From Veleropilina oligotropha (lineage: Eukaryota): 20,000 bases of DNA. Positions 1 through 10,485 of the stretch are shown here, piece by piece. Positions within the stretch are counted from its first letter, which is position 1, and each line of letters starts with the position of its first letter. Both the position numbers and the translations under genes were made by a program. Below the pieces are notes generated by a model, which worked only from the letters and a program-made list of their open reading frames with translations, had not been told where the DNA came from and did no database searches. Where the stretch lies: NCBI GenBank assembly GCA_048128005.1, contig JBEUKZ010000137.1, forward strand, positions 364,748 through 384,747, read 5' to 3'.

Positions 1-720
1 GGCACGAAGCAGGATTTTGTCTCGTTGATCTGAAATCCCAGGCGCTTCGTCGATGACAGGGTAAAGCTCGTAGACCGGAGGCACAGATCCCGGGACGCCC
101 CGAGGATCAGCCAGTCGTCGAGGTACATATGTACCCTGTGCCCTAGAGAGTGTAGGAAGGCCCCTAGGGCCTGTACTGTTCTCGTGAAGACGTAAGGGGC
201 TGACGATAGACCGAACGGTAGGCACCTGAATAGGTAGATCGTCTCCCCGTGTATAAACCGAAGGTACTGATGAGCCGTGACATGCATCGGGACATGCAGA
301 TACGCGTCGGTCAGATCAATAGACACTGCCCAGTCGCCCGGACGGACGGCCGCTCGTATCTTCGAGAGGGTTTTCTGCTGGAATTTCTCGGTACGAAGAT
401 ATTAGGTTACGAGAGATCGAAGATCGGTCGTTAGCGGCCATCGGGACCAGGAAGAAATGGCTGTATTATCCTGGTGTGCTGGGCGGCGCGGGATATATCG
501 CTCTTATTAGGAGCAAATCCCGCACTGCCTGGTCTAAGACCGCCTGCTTCTCTCCGTTTAGGAGGCGAGCGTGTCTTGGTGGAGGTGCCTCGTTTAGGGT
601 CGGATGCCGGTTGAACCAACTTGTATCCGGCACTCACGACGGAGGGACCCAGCTACTGTCTGGTAGTCTAGCCACGGCTGGCTGTACGCTAACAGATACG
701 CTTCCACCAGCGGAAGCGGG
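1..720 (-). pseudogene. Reverse transcriptase (pol) of DIRS-type element, disrupted
   Basis: Manual minus-strand translation: 401->1 is open and reads YLRTEKFQQKTLSKIRAAVRPGDWAVSIDLTDAYLHVPMH...YLFRCLPFGLSSAPYVFTR...MYLDDWLILG...LGFQINETKSCFV (YLDDW at 125-111). Upstream pieces AVRDLLLIRAI..PG*YSHFFLV / DGR*RPIFDLS and PW..DSSWV/SVVSAGYKL match the DIRS pre-RT and RT N-terminal motifs but carry stops and frameshifts (~402-720). Confidence 0.93.
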
Positions 721-2300
721 CAGCTGGGACTGTCGTGTGTGCCGGCAGCCCTAGGGCCGAGGCTTCCCTCTCCCGCTCTGACGGGAGCTTGTTGGAGGTG
801 CTTGCCTCCTCGGAGTGGGTTAATGGCCGGGGGCCTACCACCCGAAGAGGGCTTTGCACGCTTGGAAGGCTTCGGGGTCCGGGTGGGCCCTGAGCGCTTC
901 CTCGAGTCGGCAGGTGGACCCCGGGTAGGGTGCAGTACCGCCTTCTCGATGGCACGGTCCTTCATGTCCGCCGCTCTCTTGTCGACGAACTCCGTAAAGT
1001 TGTCGCCAAAAAGAGTGGTGGCCGAGCAAGGCACGCATCGCAACGAGCACCGGGTGGCCTCGTCTAGCGAGGTGCCTTCAAGGTAAGCGACCCTACGAAG
1101 TAGGAATGCGTTACCCAGGACACGTCCCGTCTCCATAACGGCAGCAACCTCCTGGAGGAAGGACAGGGCAGCCCACGGGCGCCGGGTCCATCCTCCTGTA
1201 ATACGGCTATCGCCCCGTCTAGGAAAAATCCTGAACGGACGACAGCCGCAGAGCTCATCGGGCGGAGCTCTCGAAAGCTTCCAAGGCGAACCCAGGAACT
1301 CTCGCTACAGAGGGAGTGTGACTGGCGGTCAGTCAACGCAACGCTGCGTCAACACAACCCGGCTCAGTCGCCAGGCACGGACCAGTACATGCGAACGGGA
1401 TCGAACGCGAACTGGCCCGGAGTTACCTCCCACTACGGAACCCCGAAGGGTACTCGGTCAGTGGGGAGGACTCCACCGGATTGCGCCCCCGACTGAGCTT
1501 GGTTGTCGAGTCAACACCCGATCAACCAGCCCAGACTGAGGTAAGGAAGGAAGCAAGGGGGCTTCCTTCTCAACAAACCGATGCGCCGCCGTCCTGTGCT
1601 TGACCGGGCCTACATACGACCGAGTCGGTTCCGGCAGGTCAAGCACCCCGCGAAGTGACGCAACAGCGTCGAGTTCGGCGGGTGGTGGAGGTCGGCTCCT
1701 GCGTGCCTGGAAGACTACCAGCGTCTTCGGGCCCGACCGATACAGGGAGGTCGGAGTGAGTGGAGTCGAGGTCCTCGTCGGAACGAGGTTCGATCCCCAC
1801 CACGGAGGCAGGAGCCGTGCTCTGCGCCACAGGCAGAGGTGTAGGTACCTGGAGCGGCTAGGAAGCCGGTTGCCAGGCCCGACATCGGGACTCGAACTCC
1901 GCCGCGAACATAGCCTGGACGTTCTCTAAAGAGAAACCCGGAGGCATGACGGGCGTCGAACTAACAGCCGGTAGTTCGGTCGAATACACCGTGGCGCTAG
2001 GTAGACGGGCTGCATGGACAGGTGTAGCCGAGAACCCTTGTTTTAGGGTCTCGGGACACGTGTCGAGTGGTCGAACCCGAAAGAACGGCCCGAAGGCAGG
2101 TTCGGTGGGCCGGACGACCGGTAGGACTGCGGCAACAGTCCGTATCGGTCTACCACTCTGGTCGAGAGAGGCACGGTCGGAAAACCGCCGTAGAACCCCG
2201 TCCCGAACGCAGCCGGTCTGTCCACGTTCGCTAGCGTGACCATCGTGGGTGCACGGGAGAGAACGGGCCCTCTGAAAAGCTCGTGAGCATCGAGGTTGAG
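594..2300 (-). pseudogene. gag-like ORF1 of DIRS element, fragmented
   Basis: ORF 594-1136 has LLRRVAYL...L..VP.....LFG followed by a Pro/Arg/Ser-rich tail, as in the DIRS gag C-terminus, and overlaps the pol start. Upstream are short broken Ser/Pro/Arg-rich frames; the upstream limit is uncertain. Confidence 0.7.
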
Positions 2301-3782
2301 CGGAAAACCCTTAGGGGTAGTCGCGTCGGTCTCGAACGAGGATTCAGGTGTCGCCGATTGTCCGAGTCTTAGACCTACAAGTAGGTGCCCGGCCTCTTTA
2401 AAGGCTTTCTCTGCATCGAGTCTGTCACCGTAGGAAGACGGTGAGTTTCCCGCAGAAGGACTAACTGTCCCCTTATTCTACGAGGCCGAAGAAAAGGATG
2501 GGGATTGTCTGCCCTGTTCAGCGGTTCGCTGCGTTGCCAGATATACCTTGCTAGCCGGCAAGGTATGGTTGGCTGCAGTTACTAGGCCCGTTTTAGGAGG
2601 GTCGAACAGCACTCGGGCTCCTACCTGAATCTAGGGTCCCGGCAAGGTTACGGCGACTCCCTATGAGTCGCGGAGGTGACGCCGGTAGAATCGGCGACAG
2701 ACGGCCCCTTTTAAGGTCGACTGTCGTCCAGCGACCCCTGAAGTAGACAAAAAAACGTTAATTCCCGTTAACCTACCATTTTGTCCAATCTCGGGGGAGA
2801 ACCCACCGTGGTCCGCACCTCGGTGGATATACGCTCGCCCACTGCCTGCTGTTAAATCTAGGCACAGTTCACATATATATATATATATATATACGGTGAA
2901 CACGGCATTCCGTGCGCCTAGAAATCCGTGAAACTACGGGTTACACCCGGAGTTGCACCGGACCATACACCCCTCTCCCTGAATACACGGGAGGGTAGTA
3001 GTGGGCGGAACGGGGTAGTGAAAAGTATATATTTGGTAGTTGTGACTATTTACTACGACAACTCTTAAAAATTGCCCTGATCTGAAGATCAAAGATCAGA
3101 CGATATACCGCAAAAAACCCCGAGCTGGGAACACCGAGGCCGGGTATTTACCCGACACGACCCGGTAAAAAACCAGGCAAATTGACTAGAACAAACGGGG
3201 GTTCTCTCTTAGAAAAAACCGCCCAGAAAAACACCTGAAAACCTCGTGGATGTTTTTATGTTAGTACAATTGTGTATTATCCCAGAAACGGCAGGATAAC
3301 AGAAAAACGCAAGCGTGATATCTAAACGATCCTGCCTATTAACGACGCTAGAAATTTTATACAATAATAACCAGCAATAGCGTCGTTAAGGAATTATCCA
3401 ATATAATGAGTTACCTGTTTGCAGTCTCAAACAATATCAGATAATAATACCGACCAGAAACTTCTTCTTAATTACGAATTTTCCCCTCTAGGCGGCCATG
3501 CTTTTCCCTGCAACAGCGGCGATGTCGGTTTCATGTGATTTTCAGAACTTCGAATCTTCAAATCAACGAGATCAACACTATTCACATGTGTTTATAATAT
3601 CCACAACACAGGGTTATAATCCTTCACAACGTATTATAAAGTTGTCGATAATAGCCCTCGATCTTAACGCATTAGCGTCTTAAAATCGAAGACAAAGTCG
3701 AAAGATTTGCGGAGCAAAAAAACACGTCTTTCCGTTTTCGCGGAAAACTTTGAATTGAGGTCTTGTGACTTCGATGGTTCGG

Positions 3783-3811
3783 AAGTCTCGCGAGACTTGG
3801 CGAGATCTCGC
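3783..3811. promoter_or_regulatory. Two adjacent palindromes, including a TCTCGCGAGA (CGCG element/BANP-type) motif, near the DIRS 5' end
   Basis: Perfect 16-bp palindrome AAGTCTCGCGAGACTT (3783-3798) and 12-bp palindrome GCGAGATCTCGC (3800-3811). The promoter role is inferred. Confidence 0.5.
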
Positions 3812-4450
3812 TGGGGGAACTTAGGAGAGCGGGAGCAGGGGGGGTGATCGTGGTACGTTTTGACTTATAAAGAGTGCATAATGTGACTTATTCACTGTTT
3901 CCGGTTAGCGATAATATTACTATTATGGCAAGAGTAAGGACGTAAGTAAGTTTGTAACTACATATCTGCAATATAACGTATACCTTTAGTATTCCATGAT
4001 TTTATCGGTACAATATTTATATTAATATTATACCAGAGAGGTATTGATCCGATTTACTTGAAATTTTTACACAAGGTATGGTTTCTTTCTGGCTCGGTCC
4101 TCCTCAAAGATGGTCCGGATAGTGATCCGAGTTCGGATTTTATGATGAAATATCCGGTTTACACGTTTTCGGCTGTAACGTTAAAACGCTTCGTCGTACA
4201 AACGTCAAAATAGGCCAATGACAACATGAATTATATATATAGCATCTTTCTCACACAAGATGGTCGCCAGGGGTATTTAAAATTTAGAAAATAGGGGGTC
4301 AATTTCTACTTTCGCCAAATCTAATTAAATTATGCAAATTCGTTATGCAAATCATAGTCATGATGAAATGATATTGATATTGTAACCAGCCTTGTGAGGA
4401 TTCCCAAAGTCATCGTTACTTTGTGATTAGATCTCGTTTGCAGAGTTTTA

Positions 4451-4794
4451 AAGCCGGGAACTCCTCTACCGATTTTTTGTAACCGGCAGATTTTAATAAT
4501 TTATCCATTCTTATCGGCCGGTAACCGTCGGTAGACATTGGAGCGCTCACCTATCGTTCTTATCGGCAGGTTTGAACAAATCGAATGACGTTTCAAGTCT
4601 ATTTTAGGTTAATTTTACCTCGTGCTATAGTACATGTCTTTTGAAAAGACTTAACAAGCAAATCGGTGTCGATTTCAATAACAGGCCAGCGATTCCTTGT
4701 CCTGGCTTTTTTTCGTCCGGAAAAGAAATAATCGGTTCGGCGATACTGATGCTACCGATTTTTCCGGCAAAATCGGTAGATGGGTTCCCGACTT
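4451..4794. mobile_element. MITE with 26-bp TIRs (possibly PIF/Harbinger-like; superfamily uncertain)
   Basis: Left AAGCCGGGAACTCCTCTACCGATTTT (4451-4476) vs reverse complement of 4769-4794, AAGTCGGGAACCCATCTACCGATTTT (3 mismatches). Flanked by TA on both sides (alternatively TAA/TTA). Sub-terminal hairpin CTACCGATTTT..AAAATCGGTAG at 4752-4779. Confidence 0.85.
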
Positions 4795-4828
4795 TAGACA
4801 AGTAAATTATGTTTGATTCTTCTGGTTA

Positions 4829-5184
4829 GGCGAAATAAAATTAATTATGTGTTTCCGGTAACAAGACTGAAAACAATATGGTCGGTAGGTTGGAAAAAAA
4901 ACTTTATTTTGAAATTATTTTGTTTTCATTATATATACAATATACATTTTACTGTGCATATCATAGTCACAAGAGTTATCTCCCATTGCATTACACCGAG
5001 ATGGCAAGAGATATTAAGTTTGGCGTACGCAGTTGGGTGTACGAAAAGCAGATCGACGATAGGCTGGTGCTTGAAAAATTAGGATTACCAAAAAATGACA
5101 AATGACAATAAAATTGTGAGGGTCGGGCCTAAAATATTAGGGTAGGTAGGGTTACCGGAAACACACAATTAATTTTATTTGGTC
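4829..5184. mobile_element. MITE with 34-bp TIRs and TTA target-site duplication (PIF/Harbinger-like)
   Basis: Left GGCGAAATAAAATTAATTATGTGTTTCCGGTAAC vs reverse complement of right end GACCAAATAAAATTAATTGTGTGTTTCCGGTAAC (3 mismatches). TTA at 4826-4828 and 5185-5187. Confidence 0.9.
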
Positions 5185-5324
5185 TTAGCATTATACGTGT
5201 ACGTCATAGCACTATCCGCATGTGCTGACTGCAAAGCCCCCAGAAGGAGTTGAGATGATATTGGAAAGTAACCAGTGAGGAAACTATGAAGTCGGTCGAG
5301 CTCCTGGAAAATGAATATTATTAA

Positions 5325-6539
5325 CCCTTTCATCACGGCAGCCCACTATAGCGGGCAGAAAATGCGGCACGTCGATTTACCCCAATCGACCCCAATCTAA
5401 CCCCAATCGACCCCCTGTCAACTATAATATACATCCATAATGTGCACATTATGATTTATTTAATTATATTAGGCCCAATTGCAATTGCGTACATCGTTTT
5501 TTAGTTCGCGGAAGTCGGGATCACAAATATTGAATTCGCGAAACGGTTCTAATTACACGAACTAAATCCAACTGGTAGCATGCAAATATGATAAACAATA
5601 CAAATATATAATGAATTATGTTATCTTTATTTTGTAATAATTATTTTTATTGTGCTAAATAGTGTCCTTGTCGGTTCCGTTGTGTGCGCAAATCGCAATC
5701 GTTTGACGATGCCGCTCCGAAAGCGTTTCACGGCGCCGTTCAACAATACGGCACATTTTATATCTCACATTGAATGCCCGATCAGGGCTTGAAGCCGCGT
5801 CATGGGCAAATATATAAGACATGGAGGTTTTAGTAGTTTTCTACACAACAGTGACAATGCTTATTCACTATCGCGTATCTAATTAAAATAAAATATCTTA
5901 ATCGGCTGTTGCTATTATATTGATATAGGTACGTTGCTGCATACTTGAGGTCGATTGGGGTTCGATTGGGGTCGATTGGAGTCGATTGGGGTAAATCGAC
6001 GCACCCCAGAAAATGAGGTCACCTTTCACCACGGCAGCCCGCTATAGTGGGCTATGACGTTAAACAACATTATTGTCTTATTTCTACTGTATTCTGGCCA
6101 AAAGAGAGTCACATTTCATCTGTATTTACAATGCAACTAATAGTAATAATGATATATAATTAATTTTGAAAGTTACTGTTCGTTTATTCAATGTTTTATC
6201 TAAATTGTATTCATAAAATAATTATTTATGCAAGTGGCCAACTAACAAATATGAAAAATGTACCTAAATCATTTAAATGACGTCATTATTTCATAAATAT
6301 ATATCTACCTCATCTCATATGTAATTAAGTTAGTGAGTAAAACATATCAGCTAAATTAATATACTTATAAATTTAAAGATCCCCATTATATCCCAATCAT
6401 AAAATATGTAGTTTTTCATAAAGGTATTTAATGGAAACTGTTGATATCAAATAAGATATACGATAAATTTGTCTGGAATTCAGCCAACATATTCAGTGTG
6501 TATGACTATTGTTCTCTGGAATACTCAGTGATGAAAGAG
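5325..6539. mobile_element. Non-autonomous piggyBac-like element with TTAA TSD, interrupted by a nested insertion
   Basis: TTAA(5321-5324)+CCCTTTCATCAC ... GTGATGAAAGAG+TTAA(6540-6543): 12-bp TIR with 1 mismatch. Sub-terminal direct repeat CTTTCAYCACGGCAGCCCRCTATAGYGGGC at ~5327 and ~6023. Confidence 0.85.
5365..6006. mobile_element. Mutator/foldback-like MITE with 9-bp TSD, nested in the piggyBac-like element
   Basis: Perfect 9-bp TSD CAGAAAATG at 5356-5364 and 6007-6015. TIRs CGGCACGTCGATTTACCCC / GGGTGCGTCGATTTACCCC are followed by tandem CCCCAATCGA-like units at both ends. Confidence 0.88.
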
Positions 6540-7244
6540 TTAACCACCACGTTTACCTTTTTTACACCCAAAGACAGACGCTGTTACAGCATTAGGGACA
6601 AATGATACATGTACATTTTCTCCACAATGAAAAGCTCAGATTGATTAATATTAGTATCTTAGTTATAATACAATATGAACACAAACAAAATGTCTGTTCC
6701 ACACTTGCAGAAAATTCTGTAACATATTCATGAGACTGTAGAAAATAATAAACATACTAGTATAATATATATATCTTGCATCGAAATTCGGAATGTATCG
6801 AAAATATTTAAATAGAATTGTTTAGTTTGGTGCTACTGCCTTTAATGTGTACGATACCCAGAACATATGAATTATGATTCGACCACAATGGTTAAATGGG
6901 TATTATGAATCAATGGGCTGGACCATTGATCTCAACAGCAAACAATCAAATGTCAGAATTTTTTTCAAATTCTGCTTTCAACTAGGTAGACTTTCTCTCG
7001 ATCTTCCATAAAGTAAAAGTATATCCATCGATAACAAGAAAATAATTCACATACAATGAATTTTGTATGCATCAGGTATGTTGGTTTTCAATGAATTATA
7101 ATTACATATGGCTGTTTTGACATTTGCATACACTGTAAAACTTCCTTTCTCTGACTGAGAGGTCGCATTTTTTTTCACTTTTTAAATTTTGTGACCTACC
7201 ATCGAAGGACTGAGGGTTAAACTTGATTTAGCAGATTCAATTTC

Positions 7245-7835
7245 GGGTCCGTGTGACACTTGACAATTCAGCTTTCCATCTTAATTATTCACCATGGAAA
7301 GCTCGAAAGTACAACATTAATTTTAACTTCTTACTTCCATGTACAGTTTTAAAAGATGGAAAGCTCAAAAGCCAATTATTATCGTTTTAATCTTCTAACT
7401 TTCCAACTATGTTTTACAACACCGAATAATGGTAACGAACCCTGCTGACTAACACTGAACCTAATGCCCATGGAATATATGCCGAACCCTAAACTGTGTA
7501 TATTCCATGGGCATTAGGGTCAGTGTTAATAAGCAGGGTTCGTTACTATTATAATATTTTCACGTGATTCTTACGTGAAGTGCTTGCCTGGAAAATTGCG
7601 ACGGAGGTTAAAAAAGTTGAAGACCAATACAAATATCATAATGAATGTTGGAAGCAATTACATCTTTCTCTGTTTTATGTTTCAAACCAAAGTTGAAAAG
7701 ATAGATGAACACGACGACGAGCTTTTGAGTTTTTCATCTTTAAAAGTGTACATGGAATGATGGAAGTAAGAATTTAAAAGTAATGTTGTGCTTTCGAGCT
7801 TTCCATCGATGAAATGCCAAGTGTCACACGAACCA
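7245..7835. mobile_element. MITE with long (~120-bp) imperfect inverted arms, Harbinger-like termini
   Basis: GGTCCGTGTGACACTTG..ATGGAAAGCTCGAAAGTACAACATTA..CTTACTTCCAT..AAAAGATGGAAAGCTCAAAAGC (7246-~7372) is mirrored at ~7720-7834. Flanks are TTC and TTA (degenerate TTA TSD). Confidence 0.8.
7426..7552. repeat. Near-perfect foldback hairpin (57-bp arms, 13-nt loop), probably a miniature element nested in the MITE
   Basis: Arm 7426-7482 vs reverse complement of 7496-7552: 51/57 identical. Loop CGAACCCTAAACT. Confidence 0.9.
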
Positions 7836-8393
7836 TTAAGCCGTATCACTACGTCTAGCATGTCGGTAACCTTTGGAATATTAAACCATTAATTTATCCG
7901 GTCAGAGCTCATATCCCGCTCATATTTATCCCGGTACTGATAACGACTACACTGTAACACTGTAAGCAGCAAGTCAGCTGTCAACAACAAAAGGAATATG
8001 TTTTAAATTATATAATTAATTATTTCCGCAAATCTACTTCATAAAAATTAAGTACTGTCAAGGTAGAATACTCACCTACATTTTTATGCAATTTACACGC
8101 CCAACTCAGCTATTATTCCGGCATAACATTGAGGTTTATATATCTAAATATAACATCAATCAGCTGAAAAAATTGCTGCGCCATATTTCTGACGTCACTA
8201 GAGATATATTAATTTCCAACGTCAAAGAATGGCTATTTATATCGATCCCCTTTGAGGCCGTACCGCTGGGGTTCACAATCGAACATCGCGGCACCGCGTT
8301 CAATGGCGATAATGTGTTTTGTGATGTTTTAAAATGCCATTGGACGCACTGTTATTGCAAAACGGTGGACTCGTGTATGCTTGAAAGACTGAT

Positions 8394-9410
8394 CGAAATA
8401 TAACCTGCTCACGATATATAGACCACACTATAGCACCAGATTCAGAAATTTTAAACAGCTGAAAATAATATACAGTCATAATAAATACAAATAAACATTA
8501 TTCAAGCATAAATTTTATTATAATTTTGAGGGAGGGAGGAATTATGCTTAATATCCTGTATATTTACAGCATCGAGGTTCAAGGCAGGACATGTCCGTGT
8601 TATCGCGGGAGGAAACCCCGGTCGCCCGGGTAAACCTGCCCTCTTCGGTCAGTCACGGACAACTGTGATTCATAACTTGAACAAATTTCAATGCCTCAGC
8701 CAGGTATTGAACCCACTACTGTTCGCATTAGCGGAATCAAGCCAGTGAATTTAGAGTGGACTGCCGAAGCGGCCTTATAATTTTGAAACCTCATACTTTT
8801 CAAAAATTTGATATCGTCAAATGCATGACTACAATACAAGAAAAAAAGAATATTTATGATATTGTAAGACATGGCACAAATTATTACACGTTTTTCTATC
8901 AAATGTCAATGTCCAATTATCTGGAATAAGCTCGACGATGACATGAAAACAATAAATATTTTATTTCATTAAAACGAAAAGTAAATTACAAACTTTTAAA
9001 AACTATGATCAAACTAATTAATTATGCAAATTACTGTTTGATAAATATTTATTTCATGCAGTACCCTATCGTCACGTTACTTTATCATCCTTTATCATGC
9101 ATATAATTATATTATATAGGCGTAGGCGCATTTCACAATAACTATTTAGACCTATGTACAGGTCTAATTCATTTATACCTAATAGATATTTTATTATTAT
9201 AAAATTGACTAAAAGCATTGCAACACACACAATACTGAATAACTTGTATTTGGAGGCCTGTGTCTTATAAGGTCCCCAGCCCCAAAAACCTCTTAAATTC
9301 TAGAACAGTTATTCATTATCATTATAAATATGTTATTTGGGAATATCTGGACTTTTGATATTTTCGAATCCTGTTTCTTTGTTGTGGAAATAAATTTCAT
9401 TTGATTTTGA
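8394..9410 (+). mobile_element. CR1/Crack-type LINE 3' remnant (ORF2 C-terminus plus 3' UTR), split by a SINE insertion
   Basis: Broken peptides RNITCSRYIDHT..FKQLKI..LFKHKFYYN | PHTFQKF..HDYNTRKK..FSIKCQCPIIWNKLDDDMK resemble the C-terminal tail of CR1-group RTs. Ends in AATAAATTTCATTTGATTTTGA at ~9390-9410. Confidence 0.65.
8530..8774 (-). mobile_element. tRNA-derived SINE, copy A (16-nt deletion across the A-box region)
   Basis: Near-identical to the reverse complement of copy D (15060-15322). B-box GGTTCAATACC. 12-bp TSD TTATAATTTTGA at 8518-8529 and 8775-8786. Confidence 0.92.
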
Positions 9411-9676
9411 CTGTCTGGCGATGACATTACTTTTTAGTACCTGCTAATGCAGTTTTACTCTTGTCGCCTACTACAGTTACAGACATTTAGAAATTTTAAA
9501 ACGTCTTAGAAAGCAAAATGATTACAAAGAAAAGCGATTATTAAAGTTCTCTTCTTACCCACTAATGATCACCCAAAAGCTGATTCTATTATACTATCAT
9601 CTACCGATTTTTCGTCAATGGGTGATTTTAATTAGCGTCCGGCGTTACTCGGTTTAAATAAAGTTCCTATGCGTTT

Positions 9677-10121
9677 AAACAAGAACGACGCGTTCGGAAT
9701 ATGTCTTGACCTTTCTTTATTTCCCTCAAATTTTCATAACAGTTAATACAATGGCTAAGTGCAAGTACTTCATGGCTTAATTTACTACCCCGTCGATTGT
9801 GACGTCACCAAATGACGATTAATCTAAAGCGACTTCGTAATGACGTCATTGTTTTTTGCTTGCAATATTAGACATCCGTTATATACAAATATGCATAAAA
9901 GTGCTCAATAATTGCATATTTTTGCAAAATTGTGTCGCGAAAGTTATATACACGACCTACAAATACTCTTGGGAATGTGTGTACCAATTTTGGTGAAAAT
10001 GGAGCCGGTAGTTTTCGAGAAAATCAGCGGATATATATATATATATAAGTATATATGTATATACACACGGACCATTTGATAATGTCTTGTCCTTTTTTAC
10101 AAAAAGGTCAAGACATAAAAA
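9677..10121 (+). mobile_element. DINE-1/HINE-like (Helentron-associated) non-autonomous element
   Basis: Starts AAACAAG. 15-bp sub-terminal IR TATGTCTTGACCTTT (9700-9714) / AAAGGTCAAGACATA (10103-10117). Internal (AT)n microsatellite at ~10031-10065. 3' stem-loop 10082-10116 followed by an A run. Confidence 0.72.
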
Positions 10122-10485
10122 TAGCCTACACATATCTAACTTAAGCACAAAATTGACTACAGCAAGAAAGCGACGGAAAGAAACAATGTTTTACTCTCTA
10201 GAATGATCTTCCCTGTGAGACCGAAGGAGACACCATCGAGACTCGCACTGCTCTTCAACGAGTTCGCAACCACAATTCGAAAGCAAATTATTCTCAACAA
10301 TTGCAAATTGAAGAATGGTCACAGAAAGAGTTGCAGATTTTAAAACTGTGTACATCTTCAAACTCACGTAATGAAAATAAACTAATTTATTACATTTACT
10401 TTTACATGGATAATAAATATTAAATGTACACTTACTTACTTTGAACCGTTTTTTCAAAGCATCGAATGTAAAGGGTATTAAAAAG

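Larger units (their letters stand above)
1..3960 (-). mobile_element. DIRS-type (tyrosine-recombinase) retrotransposon, 5' portion, decayed; continues beyond window start
   Basis: GC-rich block containing a DIRS-type RT (1-~720) overlapping a gag-like ORF remnant, followed by a long leader. The terminus near 3.9-4.0 kb is approximate, judged from the return to unrelated AT-rich repeats. RNase H and tyrosine recombinase would lie outside the window. Confidence 0.85.

Noticed and set aside
249..2239. Plus-strand ORFs in the GC-rich block
   Set aside because: Antisense shadows of the DIRS gag/pol region with no recognisable motifs.
4030..4440. Probable interspersed repeat fragment resembling a reverse-oriented HINE core
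   Set aside because: No termini or second copy in the window to define it.
6780..6960. Minus-strand peptide FAVEINGPAH reminiscent of RAP-domain/nuclease motifs
   Set aside because: Surrounded by multiple in-frame stops; the similarity is too short to support.
10202..10370. Possible exon after TTTTACTCTCTAG
   Set aside because: Open frames exist on both strands, but there is no recognisable protein or clear donor site.
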